Shown here: one piece after another, positions 1 through 11,018 of the stretch
Layout: every line of letters begins with the position of its first letter
Numbering within the stretch: the stretch's first letter is position 1
Assembly: GCA_965219345.1 (NCBI GenBank)
Contig: OZ244732.1
Coordinates: 416,001 to 480,000, forward strand
Direction: 5' to 3'
From: Nitrosopumilus sp.
GTDB taxonomy: Archaea; Thermoproteota; Nitrososphaeria; Nitrososphaerales; Nitrosopumilaceae
Length of the DNA stretch: 64,000 nt
Position numbers and translations under genes: made by a program
Notes under the pieces: model-generated
What the model was told of the DNA's origin: nothing
The model's input: only the letters and a program-made list of their open reading frames with translations
Database searches by the model: none

Positions 1-273
1 AATTCCAATCTTAAGGGATCCCCGAACTGATTTTCTGAATAAAAGAACACAGCCCAGGATAGCAGCACAACTAGTCATAGATACACCTGTGTATACTATA
101 ATATGCTGAATGCTCCAGAAAAATTCTGGTTCTTGTTGAAGATGAGAGATAGCATCCCAAAATCCTGCTGAAACAATTACAACAGGACCAATTACTGCTA
201 AAATTGAAACAATGGATACAAGAGTAGTAGGTTTTGCAAGTGTGGAATCTGAAATTCTTTGAATTAGTTTCAT
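1..273 (-). CDS. conserved hypothetical membrane protein (runs off the window edge)
   Basis: ATG at 273 reads MKLIQRISDSTLAKPTTLVSIVSILAVIGPVVVIVSAGFWDAISH..., hydrophobic and open to position 1. Confidence 0.7.
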   Translation of the reverse strand, partial: MKLIQRISDSTLAKPTTLVSIVSILAVIGPVVIVSAGFWDAISHLQQEPEFFWSIQHIIVYTGVSMTSCAAILGCVLLFRKSVRGSLKIGI

Positions 274-389
274 TTTGTTTCTAGTGATTAACTAAAGTAT
301 GAAACATTGAAAGGGTTCAATTAGGAAAATTGAACTTTATGGGTAATTTAATCAATTAACTATATTAGAACAGACTAACTAGAAAAATT

Positions 390-629
390 ATGAGCCCTGG
401 TATTGGTTTGATGAAAAGAAGACTGGAAAAGGAAAAAGAAGCAATTGTACTTGCGATTTCTGGAATTGTGAAAAAATATGATGTAAAACCAGACAATATC
501 AAGACATTAGAAACAAAGTATCATGATGATGCAGGAGATTGGTATGTTGCACTAGGATGGGAAGAGAAAAAAGCTATTGTCAAAATGGATTCAGTGTTAG
601 GAACAATTACTGAAATTAAAGAAATCTAA
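390..629 (+). CDS. small conserved hypothetical protein
   Basis: 79-aa ORF with host-like composition. Confidence 0.75.
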   Translation: MSPGIGLMKRRLEKEKEAIVLAISGIVKKYDVKPDNIKTLETKYHDDAGDWYVALGWEEKKAIVKMDSVLGTITEIKEI

Positions 630-657
630 GTACTAATTCCTTTTTTAATCAAATTAA

Positions 658-1499
658 TCACTTAGCTTTTGCTAAAAACTTTTCAGGTGAAACCAATGGT
701 GAGAAATGTTTAGCTGATTCTGGAGTAATTTGGCTTTTGAAGAACCAGTAATTTGTTAAAGCGTATCGTTTACCTTCTTTAAGAGGAGAGCCTCTATGAA
801 TTGCTGAGCATTCTTTTAGAATTAATGTTCCAGGTTTTCCCGTAAATGTTTGTAACTGGTCTGGACTTTCTTGTATGATTCTATCAATCTGTTCATCAGT
901 AAATCGTGTCTGAAATGGAGATAATGAACCTATTTTGATATCATTTAATTTTTGTTTAAGTTTATGAGATTTGGAGATCATTTGATAAGCACCATTTTTT
1001 CAGTAACATCGTTTAGGTATAGAATTGCTTTACATTGTCTGTTAACGCTGTCTCTATGCCATCCACCTCCAGATCCTAACTTTTGGCTTTTTTCATTAAA
1101 TTCAATTTTATTGGCAAGGGTAAATCCACAAGCTGTTTCAATGCAGTTATAATTATTTGCAAAATCATTCAAAAATTTATTCTCATGAAATTGTTTTATA
1201 TTTTCAGAGAGTTATTCAGCTCCAGATATTCGAAAATCAGTTCTTTCTGTAACAACATCCTTATGATTAACAAAGATAGATTCAATATCGGCAATACATT
1301 TGTCACAAAATTCTTTTGAAACAAAATTGGGAATAACATAAAAACCATTTTTGTAAATTTCATAAATGATTTTTTTCTCATTTTCAGAAGTTTTAGAAAA
1401 TGATTGATGATGCCTAAAACCGAAATTAATATCATTTACAAATTGTGCTACAGATGCATTTTTCTTTACTAATCGCTTAGCTTCTTGAATTAGAGACAT
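658..1499 (-). pseudogene. 2OG-Fe(II)/phytanoyl-CoA dioxygenase-family gene, frameshifted into three pieces
   Basis: Consecutive fragments carry NGFYVIPNF, GGGWHRD...ILYLNDV and HRGSP...RYALTNY motifs in different frames. Confidence 0.7.
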
Positions 1500-1645
1500 A
1501 TTCTGATTAACATAATATGGCGATATTATTAATTTTTGTTAGTTGTTAATGTTCAATCTCTTAAACAACTTTTAGATAGGGAATTACCATGGAAAAATTT
1601 TCAATAACAGAGAAATTTAATTATCAGCAGTTATTTTGAGTTAAG

Positions 1646-2293
1646 ATGACCAAAGCAATAGTTTTTGGCGGTTCAAGAGGTATTGGAAAAGCTATCTCAG
1701 AATCACTCAAAGCAATAGATATTGATGTTTTTGCTACCTCAAAAATAAATATTGATACTTCAAACTTAAAAAGTGTTAGAGAATTTGTTAAAGAAAATAA
1801 TCAAACTGATATTTTAATTCTTAATACGGGCGGACCTGTTCCAAAACAATTTGCAGATATCACTGAAGAAGATTGGAAGTTATATCACAATCAATTATTT
1901 TTAGGATTTTGCATCATACTGCAAAATATCAAAATAAATGATGGTGGATACATCTTTTTGATAAGCTCAAATGTGATCAAAGAGCCAAATTCAAAATTGA
2001 TTATATCTTCAGTATATCGTGCAGCATTTAGTGAAGTTTTCAAAGTACTAAGCAAAGAATACGCTCAAAAAAATATCAGCTGTATCAACATTGCACCAGG
2101 CCCTATCAACACAGATAGAACTCAGGAGTTAATAGAAAATGTAAAAGAATTTGAAAAAACACTTCCAATGAAAAGATTAGGAGAGCCAGAAGAGATTGGA
2201 AATTTTGTAAAAGCAATAATTGAAAATAAAATAAAGTACCTATCAGGTGTTACAATAAACTTTGATGGTGCAAATTCTAACTATATTTTTTAA
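1646..2293 (+). CDS. SDR family oxidoreductase
   Basis: GGSRGIG Rossmann motif, NIAPGPINT, LPMKRLGEPEE. Confidence 0.9.
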   Translation: MTKAIVFGGSRGIGKAISESLKAIDIDVFATSKINIDTSNLKSVREFVKENNQTDILILNTGGPVPKQFADITEEDWKLYHNQLFLGFCIILQNIKINDGGYIFLISSNVIKEPNSKLIISSVYRAAFSEVFKVLSKEYAQKNISCINIAPGPINTDRTQELIENVKEFEKTLPMKRLGEPEEIGNFVKAIIENKIKYLSGVTINFDGANSNYIF

Positions 2294-2295
2294 GA

Positions 2296-2934
2296 TTATT
2301 TTTTAAATTCAACATTTGGTGTGTCTGGTTGACCTGCGATAGCAATTAATCCACCATCACGTAGTTGTTGTAATAATTGCATAACTTCTTTTTCTACCTG
2401 ATTTCTTTGTAGGCCAGTTTGTTGTGCAAATACTTCAACCAAATCAGTTACCTTACGTTCTCCATTACAAGACTTCCAAAAGTCTACGATTGCTTGATTT
2501 ACCATAAAGCCTTGTTCATGTTCGTTTGCTAATACCATAGAGCCATCTTCTTGTTTTACTAATTTTCCAACACCCTGAGGCAATGCAGTTTCATAGTTAA
2601 TTGGTGCAGGTGTATTCAGTCCAGCCCCCATATTTTTGATTTTCATTTTTGCCTCTTCAGACATTTTATCCATTGACCATGGAGGTTCCCATACAATGTC
2701 TACTTTGACATTATTTACTCCTGGAACTTTTTTTACATATCTTGTTGCATCTTGAACTAGAGTTTCATGAAGTGGACAACCTTGTGTGGTCATTGTCATT
2801 TTAATATTAACATCGTTGTTTTCTGCAACATCTATTCCATAGATTAATCCCATCTCTACAATGTTTAGTGGAACTTCAGGATCCATGCATTGCTTGAGTG
2901 ATTCCTCAATTGCTTGTGCAGAAACTGTACTCAT
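2296..2934 (-). CDS. DUF59 (FeS assembly) domain fused to a PqqD-like domain
   Basis: DPEVPLNIVEMGLIY...TTQGCP...WEPPW at the N-terminus; C-terminal IVDFWKSCNGERKV...LQQLRDGGLI. Confidence 0.85.
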   Translation of the reverse strand: MSTVSAQAIEESLKQCMDPEVPLNIVEMGLIYGIDVAENNDVNIKMTMTTQGCPLHETLVQDATRYVKKVPGVNNVKVDIVWEPPWSMDKMSEEAKMKIKNMGAGLNTPAPINYETALPQGVGKLVKQEDGSMVLANEHEQGFMVNQAIVDFWKSCNGERKVTDLVEVFAQQTGLQRNQVEKEVMQLLQQLRDGGLIAIAGQPDTPNVEFKK

Positions 2935-3353
2935 ATTGTAAATTGCAGTTTAAAAAACAATAAAAACTTTCTACTAATTAGCTTCAATTAACATTGGATT
3001 TTTATCAAATATCTACATTTATGTTTTAAATGGGCCTGTTAGATTAAGCTTTTTAGATTTTAAGTTACCCTCTAAATAACACCTCACCATATCATTATCA
3101 AATAAATTATAGATTAATCATAAATGTTCAGGTTTAAGATCACTATTCAGGAAATTCTTTCCTGTTCCTTTTTGTTTGTGAGGAACCCATTGTCCTCCTT
3201 TTTCTAAAATGTCAAGAAGATTCATAACTTCGTTTGTAGAAGTGATTACTGTTTTACATGCCACATCATGTATTCCATCATTTGGATCTAAGGCAGGTAC
3301 TCGTTGATGAATCATATCACCAGCGTCCGGTTCTGAAATTCGTAAATGAAAAG

Positions 3354-4829
3354 CTAGAATCTGAAATAAATAAAGTCTTCAGATTTTCCATCAAAAGAGA
3401 AAACTATTGAAAATAAAATGATAGTTATCACAAGGAACCAATATCTCAATGTAAATTTACTAATCTTTTCTATCATATTTGGAGATTTAAATGAGATTAC
3501 ATGAATAGTTATAAACAGGATCATTAATCCTACCGGAAGTTTGTATTCCATAATGAAAGGGATAATTTCATTTGTTTGGAAATCTATGAAAACAAATTTA
3601 CCCATAGAGTAAAAAGCATCATCAAAATCTTTGACACGAAATGGAATCCACGCCAGAAAAACAAAATACTGCATTACTAATATTGATGTGATTTTTCCTA
3701 ATCTTGTTTTGAAAAAAGATAAGGTTTGTAACTGTGGAAATTTGCCTGATATTACTTTATGAACAGATAGGTATACGCCGTGCATTAATCCCCAAATAAC
3801 AAAATTCCATGAAGCCCCATGCCACAGCCCCCCCCCCAAGGACATTACAATTGCTAAATTAAAGAAAGTCCTAACGGATGATTTTCGATTTCCGCCTAAT
3901 GGGATGTAAAGATAATCTCTAAGCCAAGATGATAAAGAAATATGCCATCTTTTCCAAAAATCAGAAGGAGAAGTTGCAAAATACGGTTTGTTGAAGTTTT
4001 TTGGGAGTTTAAACCCAAGTATCAGTGCCGCGCCAATAGCAATATCAGAATATCCCGAAAAATCACCATAAATTTGAATTCCAAATCCAATAGTAGCCAT
4101 AATAATTGAAAAAGAATCAAGACCAACAGGGTTTGAGAAAATTTCATTTACCATAGGGGCTATATTATCTGCAAAAAACATTTTTTTGAGAAATCCAAAT
4201 GTCATCATAGTAAGTCCTAACTTAAGATTTGAATTTTTAATGATTACTTGACGAAGGCGTTCTGTTGAAATTTTAGTTTCTAATTTTTCTCTAAGTTGCG
4301 GAAGAAAATCTTTTGCCCTTACAATAGGACCTGCAATTAATTGGGGGAAAAATGATACAAACAATGCAAATTCCCAAAAAGATTTACTTGGAGATAATTG
4401 CCCTCTATACACATCTACAGTATAACTAATTGTTTGGAATGTATAGAAGGAAATTCCTATTGGTAAAAGTAAATTAAGGTATGGAATGTTTGTAGTCAAG
4501 TCAAAGTAATTTCCAAATATGTTAAATTGCAGTATTGCAAAATCGGCATATTTAAAAAATCCTAATAATCCTAAATTTCCAACCAAGCTAACAACCAACA
4601 ACCATTTTTTTCTTTGAAGATTTTTTGATTTCCAAATACTTTTAGCAATATTATAATCTAATAAAGTTGAGGCTATCAATAAAATAATAAGATAATTGCT
4701 TGAAAAATAGAAGAAGAAATAGCTTGAAAATAAAAGAAAAAGGTACTGGAATTTTCTTTGTTTAATTATAATTATTGCAAAAACAACAATTACAAAAAAT
4801 ATTATGAATTCAGTAGAAGTAAAAATCAT
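3354..4829 (-). CDS. MBOAT O-acyltransferase (AlgI/DltB-like)
   Basis: PIGISFYTFQ, FFPQLIAGPI, DFSGYSD, FWKRWHISLSSWLRDYLYIPLGG, GLWHGA. Confidence 0.95.
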   Translation of the reverse strand: MIFTSTEFIIFFVIVVFAIIIIKQRKFQYLFLLFSSYFFFYFSSNYLIILLIASTLLDYNIAKSIWKSKNLQRKKWLLVVSLVGNLGLLGFFKYADFAILQFNIFGNYFDLTTNIPYLNLLLPIGISFYTFQTISYTVDVYRGQLSPSKSFWEFALFVSFFPQLIAGPIVRAKDFLPQLREKLETKISTERLRQVIIKNSNLKLGLTMMTFGFLKKMFFADNIAPMVNEIFSNPVGLDSFSIIMATIGFGIQIYGDFSGYSDIAIGAALILGFKLPKNFNKPYFATSPSDFWKRWHISLSSWLRDYLYIPLGGNRKSSVRTFFNLAIVMSLGGGLWHGASWNFVIWGLMHGVYLSVHKVISGKFPQLQTLSFFKTRLGKITSILVMQYFVFLAWIPFRVKDFDDAFYSMGKFVFIDFQTNEIIPFIMEYKLPVGLMILFITIHVISFKSPNMIEKISKFTLRYWFLVITIILFSIVFSFDGKSEDFIYFRF

Positions 4830-5768
4830 CTATAGTTCAGATTCCAAAATAATCATTTTTAAAATATCATCATAGTAAATATTGGATTTTTCATGAATAG
4901 CTAAATGTAAAAAATCTTGCCAGGCATTTAATTCATCATATTTAGCAGAAAAATTATATATTTTAATATCGTATTTTTCAGACATATAATTTAGTATTGA
5001 GTAAAAATTATGTTTGTCATTATCTGGAAAATTTTCATAATAATTTTTATGAACAGGAAGAATGTAAATAACAACCTCAATTTCATTATCTTTTAAAGAA
5101 GATATAATTTGTTCAAAAGACTCTCTTTGAAAACTATATTCGTCAATTCTTTGGATAGGTGATAGGTTCTTTGTTAACGCATTAATTTCGTCTTTAGATG
5201 CTAAAACAAAATTATTTTTTCCGGGTTTATAAAAAGGGGTTTTTTCCAGTGAAATGTTAATTTTATTATCAACAAGTCCAGTAGAATTAAAAATATTTAG
5301 AAGAGCTCGTTTTGTAGTTACTTTGGGGTTTATCCAGTTTAATTCATTGTCAATTCTTAAAAAAATTTCATTTGTAAATTTTTTTACATCAGGTAAAAAA
5401 TTTGTTGAATCACTGTGTGTATTAAAATCTCTTAATGAAATTCCATAAAAAACAATTTCAGGATTTAATAAAATAATTGAATCAATAGTCTTTTTTCGTT
5501 CAAATGGAGAATCACCAGGCATTGCCAAATTATACAGTACTAGATTTTTTGAGTTTCCGGATATATTGTTATTAATATAGGTCATGTTAATTGAACCTAC
5601 TTGACTTGATCCAATCAAAAATGCAGTTGGGTGATCAAATTTGTGATTAAAGAATGGATCATCATTAGATACATTATTTGGATCTGGATATAGATTATGT
5701 ATAACAAGTAATGTTGATAATACTAAAACAAATGAAATTAGAATTGCAAAACCAATTGAAGAATTCAT
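4830..5768 (-). CDS. SGNH/DltD-like partner of the MBOAT acyltransferase
   Basis: N-terminal TM helix, LIGSS motif, C-terminal DxxH (QDFLHL); directly upstream of the MBOAT gene. Confidence 0.7.
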   Translation of the reverse strand: MNSSIGFAILISFVLVLSTLLVIHNLYPDPNNVSNDDPFFNHKFDHPTAFLIGSSQVGSINMTYINNNISGNSKNLVLYNLAMPGDSPFERKKTIDSIILLNPEIVFYGISLRDFNTHSDSTNFLPDVKKFTNEIFLRIDNELNWINPKVTTKRALLNIFNSTGLVDNKINISLEKTPFYKPGKNNFVLASKDEINALTKNLSPIQRIDEYSFQRESFEQIISSLKDNEIEVVIYILPVHKNYYENFPDNDKHNFYSILNYMSEKYDIKIYNFSAKYDELNAWQDFLHLAIHEKSNIYYDDILKMIILESEL

Positions 5769-5816
5769 CGTGTTGAATAATTTTTGATTAGTTCCTAAAT
5801 TAATATTTAGTCAAGG

Positions 5817-5892
5817 ATGGCAAGTGGGTTAGTGGATAAAGTTGTAGTTGGTGCTGACAGGATAGTAAGAACTGGCCATGTCTTTAACAAAA
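5817..5892 (+). repeat. inverted ~76-bp copy of an internal mtnA segment
   Basis: Matches the reverse complement of 7574-7649 with 3 substitutions. Confidence 0.85.
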
Positions 5893-5940
5893 GTTGTTCA
5901 CTTTGGATTTTTATTCAGGATTGATTTTCAGAAAAATTTT

Positions 5941-7281
5941 TCATTCATGGAAAAATGATAATGAGTAGCATAATCCACGTTCATAAATATTTGGTTCTCG
6001 TTCAAACTGTAGGTGAGAACCGATTTCTGCGTTATTCCAATGAGCAAATTTTGGTCCTAGCATGATCTTTTTAATAATTTTTTATCTGTTGAAATTTTTA
6101 CATGTTTGTTTTTTTGCTCTATTTCTTTTGGGAAAACAACCTGATAGCTATTACCATTACATGTAATAATGCAAGTGGTTTCTTCTGATATGGGCATTAT
6201 AACTACCGTATCTGAATGAAATCCTATTTGCCTTCGTTTATACTCAAACCTTTCAAAAGATTTAGAGATCAATGAAATCAATTCATCATCTGATGGTTCA
6301 TCGTCATCATGATAATCGTGTTTTCTTTTAGATAAGACATCTTTTACGTATTGATTTTTTTTATCTATGTTAATTCTAGTATATGGTTTTGATAACAGCT
6401 TTTTTGTGATGTTAAAACTTTCTTTAGAATTAATTATAATACATTTTTGTTCTGATGAGTTATGTTTAGGGGATTTGTTAAAATATTCAAAAGCTTCTTC
6501 GAGTTCAGGTAGCCCCCTAGAATCATTCAGTCTGTATAATGGTCCAGCAAGTGTATATCTTCCGGCAAATGGCATAAAAAATTCTGGCTTTAAAAAATTT
6601 ACATACATCTCTGTCTGAGACAAAAATTGTGTTTTCTTTTCTTCGGCAGCTTTTTTTCTCTCCTCTTTGGACATTTCAAAACACTGTGGGTAAGGACCAG
6701 CTCCTCCATATCCGACTAATAATAAGTCTATTTTGTTAAACTGATTTTTAATTTTTGAAATTGAAAACTTGGATAATTCAAATGGGCAATCGTTGGTATT
6801 CACTACAGCTTCTTTTCCATTATCTATGACAGCCATTGTATCCAGACTTGTAGCTCCAAATTTTGTTTCAATTGGAGCACAACCAATAAACTTTGAGCAT
6901 AACTCAGGATTACAATAATCTGATGCAAGGATTGTTATGTATAATCCATTTTTTAGATGTGTTTGTCTATCATTATTAATTTCTAAAACTCTAAAACCTA
7001 AACTTTCAATATTTTTTTTGAGAAATTTTTCTGGAAAGTTAAAAATGATTACTGGAATTTGTTTATTTAATCTAGCTAGCGTTTTTTTACTAAAATGATC
7101 TGGATGAATATGTGTTATATAGATATAATCCATATCGTCAAAATCTTCAGAATTAAACTCAAATGGTGGATATAAAGCCCATGAGCCAAAATACTCTCCA
7201 TCTACAAGCCAGGGATCACATAAAATTTTGATGCCATTATGTTCAATGGTCACTTGCTGATTGTAGATACGTTATTTTCAT
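5941..7281 (-). pseudogene. MBL-fold metallo-hydrolase (UlaG/CMP-Neu5Ac hydroxylase-like), frameshifted near both ends
   Basis: ILCDPWL, THIHPDH and MPFAG motifs. ATG at 7281 (MKITYLQSAS) is out of frame with the 6057-7253 ORF, and the C-terminal HWNNAEIGSH tail continues in another frame. Confidence 0.7.
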
Positions 7282-7283
7282 GA

Positions 7284-8324
7284 TTATACAAATAATTTTT
7301 TAATCGATGCTTCAAATGGAGACTGAGCTACACCTTTTTCAGTGATTATTCCTGAAATTAATTCTGGTGGAGTCATGTCAAATGCTGGATTTATCACATT
7401 AATGTCATCAGGAGCGGTCTTTTTGTCACCAATTCCAGTAACTTCACTTCCTTTTCGCATCTCAATAATTACATCCTCAGCCTTTGTTTCCATATCAATT
7501 GTAGATAACGGTGCTGCAACATAAAATGGGATCCCATGTTGTTTTGCCATAGTTGCAACTTGATAGGTTCCAATTTTGTTAAAGACATGACCAGTTCTTA
7601 CTATCCTGTCAGCACCAACTACAACTTTATTCACTAACCCATTTGCCATGGTGTAACCTACGGCAGTATCTGGAATCAGACTAACATCAAAGCCATCATG
7701 TTTTAATTCAAATGCAGTTAGTCTTGAACCTTGTTGAATTGGTCTTGTTTCAGTGGCAATCACTTTGACATTTTTTCCACTATCCCTTGTTGCTCTAATT
7801 ACACCTAGTGCTGTTCCATATGCTACAGTAGCTAAAGCACCGGCATTACAATGAGTCATTATAGTATCATTATCATCAAAAAGAGGAGCGCCATTCTTTC
7901 CCATAGTTTTGTTAATTTCAATATCTTCATCTGCCATTTTTTTAGCTGTAGAAATTACTAGTTCCCTTATTTGTTCTACCGAGTCTCCAGATTTTGCAAC
8001 ATTCATTATTTTTTCTAATCCCCAACCCAGGTTTACGGCAGTAGGTCTGGTAGCAAAAAGAATCTTTCCTGCTTCTTCCAAGTCAGATATTAAATCATCT
8101 TTTGTTGTTGCCTTGCTTTGTAAAACCGCTAATGCCAATCCAAACGCACCAGAAACTCCAATTGCAGGTGCACCTCTAACAATTAGCGTTTTAATTGCAT
8201 TTGCAACTTGGTTAAAATCATCATATTCTACAAATATTAGTTCATTAGGTAATTTGGTTTGTTCAATCATTACAACTTTGTTGTCTTTCCATTCTACTGT
8301 TTTTAATGATGAAATACTATCCAT
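7284..8324 (-). CDS. mtnA: methylthioribose-1-phosphate isomerase
   Basis: VRGAPAIG, RPTAVNL, THCNAGALAT, ETRP, NKIGTY, NPAFDMTP. Confidence 0.95.
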   Translation of the reverse strand: MDSISSLKTVEWKDNKVVMIEQTKLPNELIFVEYDDFNQVANAIKTLIVRGAPAIGVSGAFGLALAVLQSKATTKDDLISDLEEAGKILFATRPTAVNLGWGLEKIMNVAKSGDSVEQIRELVISTAKKMADEDIEINKTMGKNGAPLFDDNDTIMTHCNAGALATVAYGTALGVIRATRDSGKNVKVIATETRPIQQGSRLTAFELKHDGFDVSLIPDTAVGYTMANGLVNKVVVGADRIVRTGHVFNKIGTYQVATMAKQHGIPFYVAAPLSTIDMETKAEDVIIEMRKGSEVTGIGDKKTAPDDINVINPAFDMTPPELISGIITEKGVAQSPFEASIKKLFV

Positions 8325-8403
8325 GAAAAATATGCTAAAACTTCGATATTTAATGGTAATTAGACAATGACATAATATTTCGAATATATCTCAAATCAAT
8401 ATA

Positions 8404-8538
8404 ATGAGGATTTTCATTATCGGTGGAGGTGGATTTATTGGAAGTCATTTAGTAAAATTTTTGCTTACAAAAAAATTCGATATTACAGTTTTTGATGATT
8501 TATCAAATTCTTCTGAAAACAAAATTAAATCAATGTAA
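8404..8538 (+). pseudogene. 5' stub of an NAD-dependent epimerase, cut at the border of the GC-richer insert
   Basis: MRIFIIGGGGFIGSHLVKFLL...VFDDLS then a stop exactly where base composition changes. Confidence 0.75.
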
Positions 8539-8568
8539 ACCGGTATAAGCCCTTATCCCACATGAAAT

Positions 8569-9471
8569 TCAGCAAGCTAGAAGGTTCTGCAGACCCTCTT
8601 CCATGACTATGTTTGGCTTCCAGCCCAACATCCTGCCGGCTTTGGATATGTCTGCCACACTCATCTTGACATCACCAGGTCGGGGTTCTTGGTATTCTGG
8701 TTCTAGTGACTTGCCAGAAATCTTGATCATTAAGCGCGCAAGATCTGTAATTGATATTGACCTGCCGCTGCCTATGTTGAAGAATCCCTCTTTGACCTTG
8801 CTTGTCATTGCTGCAAGATTTGCACGTACAACATCATGCACAAATACAAAATCCTTGATTTGCGAACCGTCTCCATAGATTATCGGCGGCTTTTCTTCCT
8901 TGATTCGATCCAAGAATCTAGGTATGACCCCGGAATATGCCTGCTTGCGTCCCAATCCCACCACGTTAAAATATCGTAAACTAACTATGCGTGCACCTCT
9001 CTTGGTATACCTCTCGGCTGCAAGTTCCGCCTCAAACTTGGTCATGCCGTACGGATTGAGTGGCTTTCGTGGAACGTCTTCTTGGATTGGAATGCCCTGC
9101 CCATTTCCATATACAGTAGAACTGCTGGCGTAAACTATTCTGATGCCATGCTCCAGACCAATCCTAAAGACGTTCGCCGTACCGGCAACGTTCACCTGCC
9201 TGTATTCGTCCTCGTTCTCGTACGAGCCCGGAATGTAGGCCAAGGCGGCTTGGTGGAATATTCCATCCGCATCACAAAGAACTTCATTTAGCCTATCATA
9301 CTCGCGAATGTCCATTCTGATAAAGTCTATCTTGTCATGAACCCCCTCAAGGTTGGGCACACTGCCCCTAGACAGATTGTCTACCACCGTCACGCTGTGT
9401 CCATCTAAGACTAGGCGTTTGACAATGTGGCTCCCGACGAATCCGGCACCTCCGGTTACGGCAAAATTCAT
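8569..9471 (-). CDS. NAD-dependent epimerase/dehydratase (UDP-glucose 4-epimerase-like)
   Basis: TGGAGFVGSH, YASSS, PYGMTK, LRYFNV. Confidence 0.92.
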   Translation of the reverse strand: MNFAVTGGAGFVGSHIVKRLVLDGHSVTVVDNLSRGSVPNLEGVHDKIDFIRMDIREYDRLNEVLCDADGIFHQAALAYIPGSYENEDEYRQVNVAGTANVFRIGLEHGIRIVYASSSTVYGNGQGIPIQEDVPRKPLNPYGMTKFEAELAAERYTKRGARIVSLRYFNVVGLGRKQAYSGVIPRFLDRIKEEKPPIIYGDGSQIKDFVFVHDVVRANLAAMTSKVKEGFFNIGSGRSISITDLARLMIKISGKSLEPEYQEPRPGDVKMSVADISKAGRMLGWKPNIVMEEGLQNLLAC

Positions 9472-9749
9472 GAATTCGTTGTCTGGAGAACCTATTTAAC
9501 TCTAAGTCAGCAAACACCGGGCCAAGGCTTCGTGCTTTGCATTCTAGCCACATGCCAAACCTGATCTTTTACTGCTTGGATTGTCGTGTTTTAACGATTC
9601 AGCGTTCGCATTCCAAGGCTCATTGTCTCCTTCACATTCTGTGGCTGGAAACTTGGATTTGGCAGCGGGACTCTAAATTTTCGGTCACTTGCAAACTATT
9701 GATGCATCTTCGAACTCTCACACATGGTCAACTACCAAGGCCTACAGCC

Positions 9750-10977
9750 CTAAAGTTCATCTCTCGAAACTCTTTTGCGTCCAGGACCCTTCTGGCATCT
9801 ATGATGTTGCCAGATTTCATACGTCTTAGGAAATCCTGCGGCCTTATCCTTATACACATCCCAATCCGTCAAGATTATGCAACAGTCAGAACCCTCAAGG
9901 CATTCTACAGCGGACACAGAGTATGAGATTTTTGTGCCAAATACTCGTTTAAAATTCTTCAGTGCCATTGGGTCATGAACCCTGATTCTTAGTCCATGCT
10001 CCAACAGCTTCCCTACCACTCTCACCGACACAGCCTCTCTTATGTCGTCAGTGTCCTTCTTGAATGCTAGACCTAGAACCGCAACAGTATTGCCTTCTGC
10101 TAGAGTGCCCTGTTCCTTCACCATCCTATTATATTCATGAATTGCTTGTCATTTACATCCTTTACCGCCTGGAAGAGTTCTGGCATTTTTCCGATCTCCT
10201 GCGAGATGGTGATCATGCCAGTCAGATCCTTTGGCAGGCAGCTACCTCCAAATCCCGGTCCGGCCTGCAAGAACAGCGGGCCTATGCGCGGATCCTTTCC
10301 AATTGCATGCGCTATGGTGTTTACGTCGGAGCCTCGAATGCCCTGGCAGAGGCTGTCTATGGAATTGATGAAGCTGATCTTTGTCGCGAGAAATGCATTT
10401 AACATCGATGGGACGGCATATGAACGCGGCGTAAAAAGTTGATGAAGCTGATCTTTGTCGCGAGAAATGCATTGTTTGCATACTTTATCAGCTCCGCAGT
10501 GGGAATGCTGGTGTGCATGATTTCTGGGAGCGTCTCATGAAACTTCCTATAGTACCTCTCTAAGATCAGCGAACTCTGTCTCCTGTTGGAGCCTATCACG
10601 ATCAAATGCGGTTTTAGAAGGTCGGCTATGGCAAATCCCTCCCTCAGGAATTCGGGGTTTACAACCACGTCCATTCTTCCGTCCCCAATCATGTCTTTGA
10701 AGACTGGCAGGATGAGATTTTCCGTAGTCATCGGTGGAACAGTGCTCTTTACTACCAGCAAATGGGGCGTCTTCCTGTACTTCAAGGACATGGCAATCCG
10801 CTCGACGGCATTTTTGACATGTGACAGGTCAACCTCGTTGCTGTTGCTCTTTAGCGGTGTCCCGACGGTAAGAAACGTGATCTCGGAATTCTGCAAAGCG
10901 TAGTCAAAATCGGTCGTAAAATGGATCTTTTTTCTTTTCATCGAATCCTTCAACATCGCCACGGCCGGCCCCGGCAA
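9750..10977 (-). pseudogene. ugd: UDP-glucose 6-dehydrogenase, N-truncated and multiply frameshifted
   Basis: KSTVPP, NPEFLREG, AELIKYANNAFLATKISF, GFGGSCLPKD and LGLAFKKDTDDIRE spread over three ORFs. Confidence 0.88.
10365..10473. repeat. 35-bp direct duplication flanking a 39-bp insert inside ugd
   Basis: ttgatgaagctgatctttgtcgcgagaaatgcatt at 10365-10399 and 10439-10473. Confidence 0.9.
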
Positions 10978-11018
10978 CTAGGTCGGTGGATTTTATATCC
11001 AAAAGGATAGTTACAATT

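Noticed and set aside
5817-7649. DGR template/variable repeat pair
   Set aside because: Only three differences, not all at adenines; the match is in a housekeeping gene; no reverse transcriptase is present.
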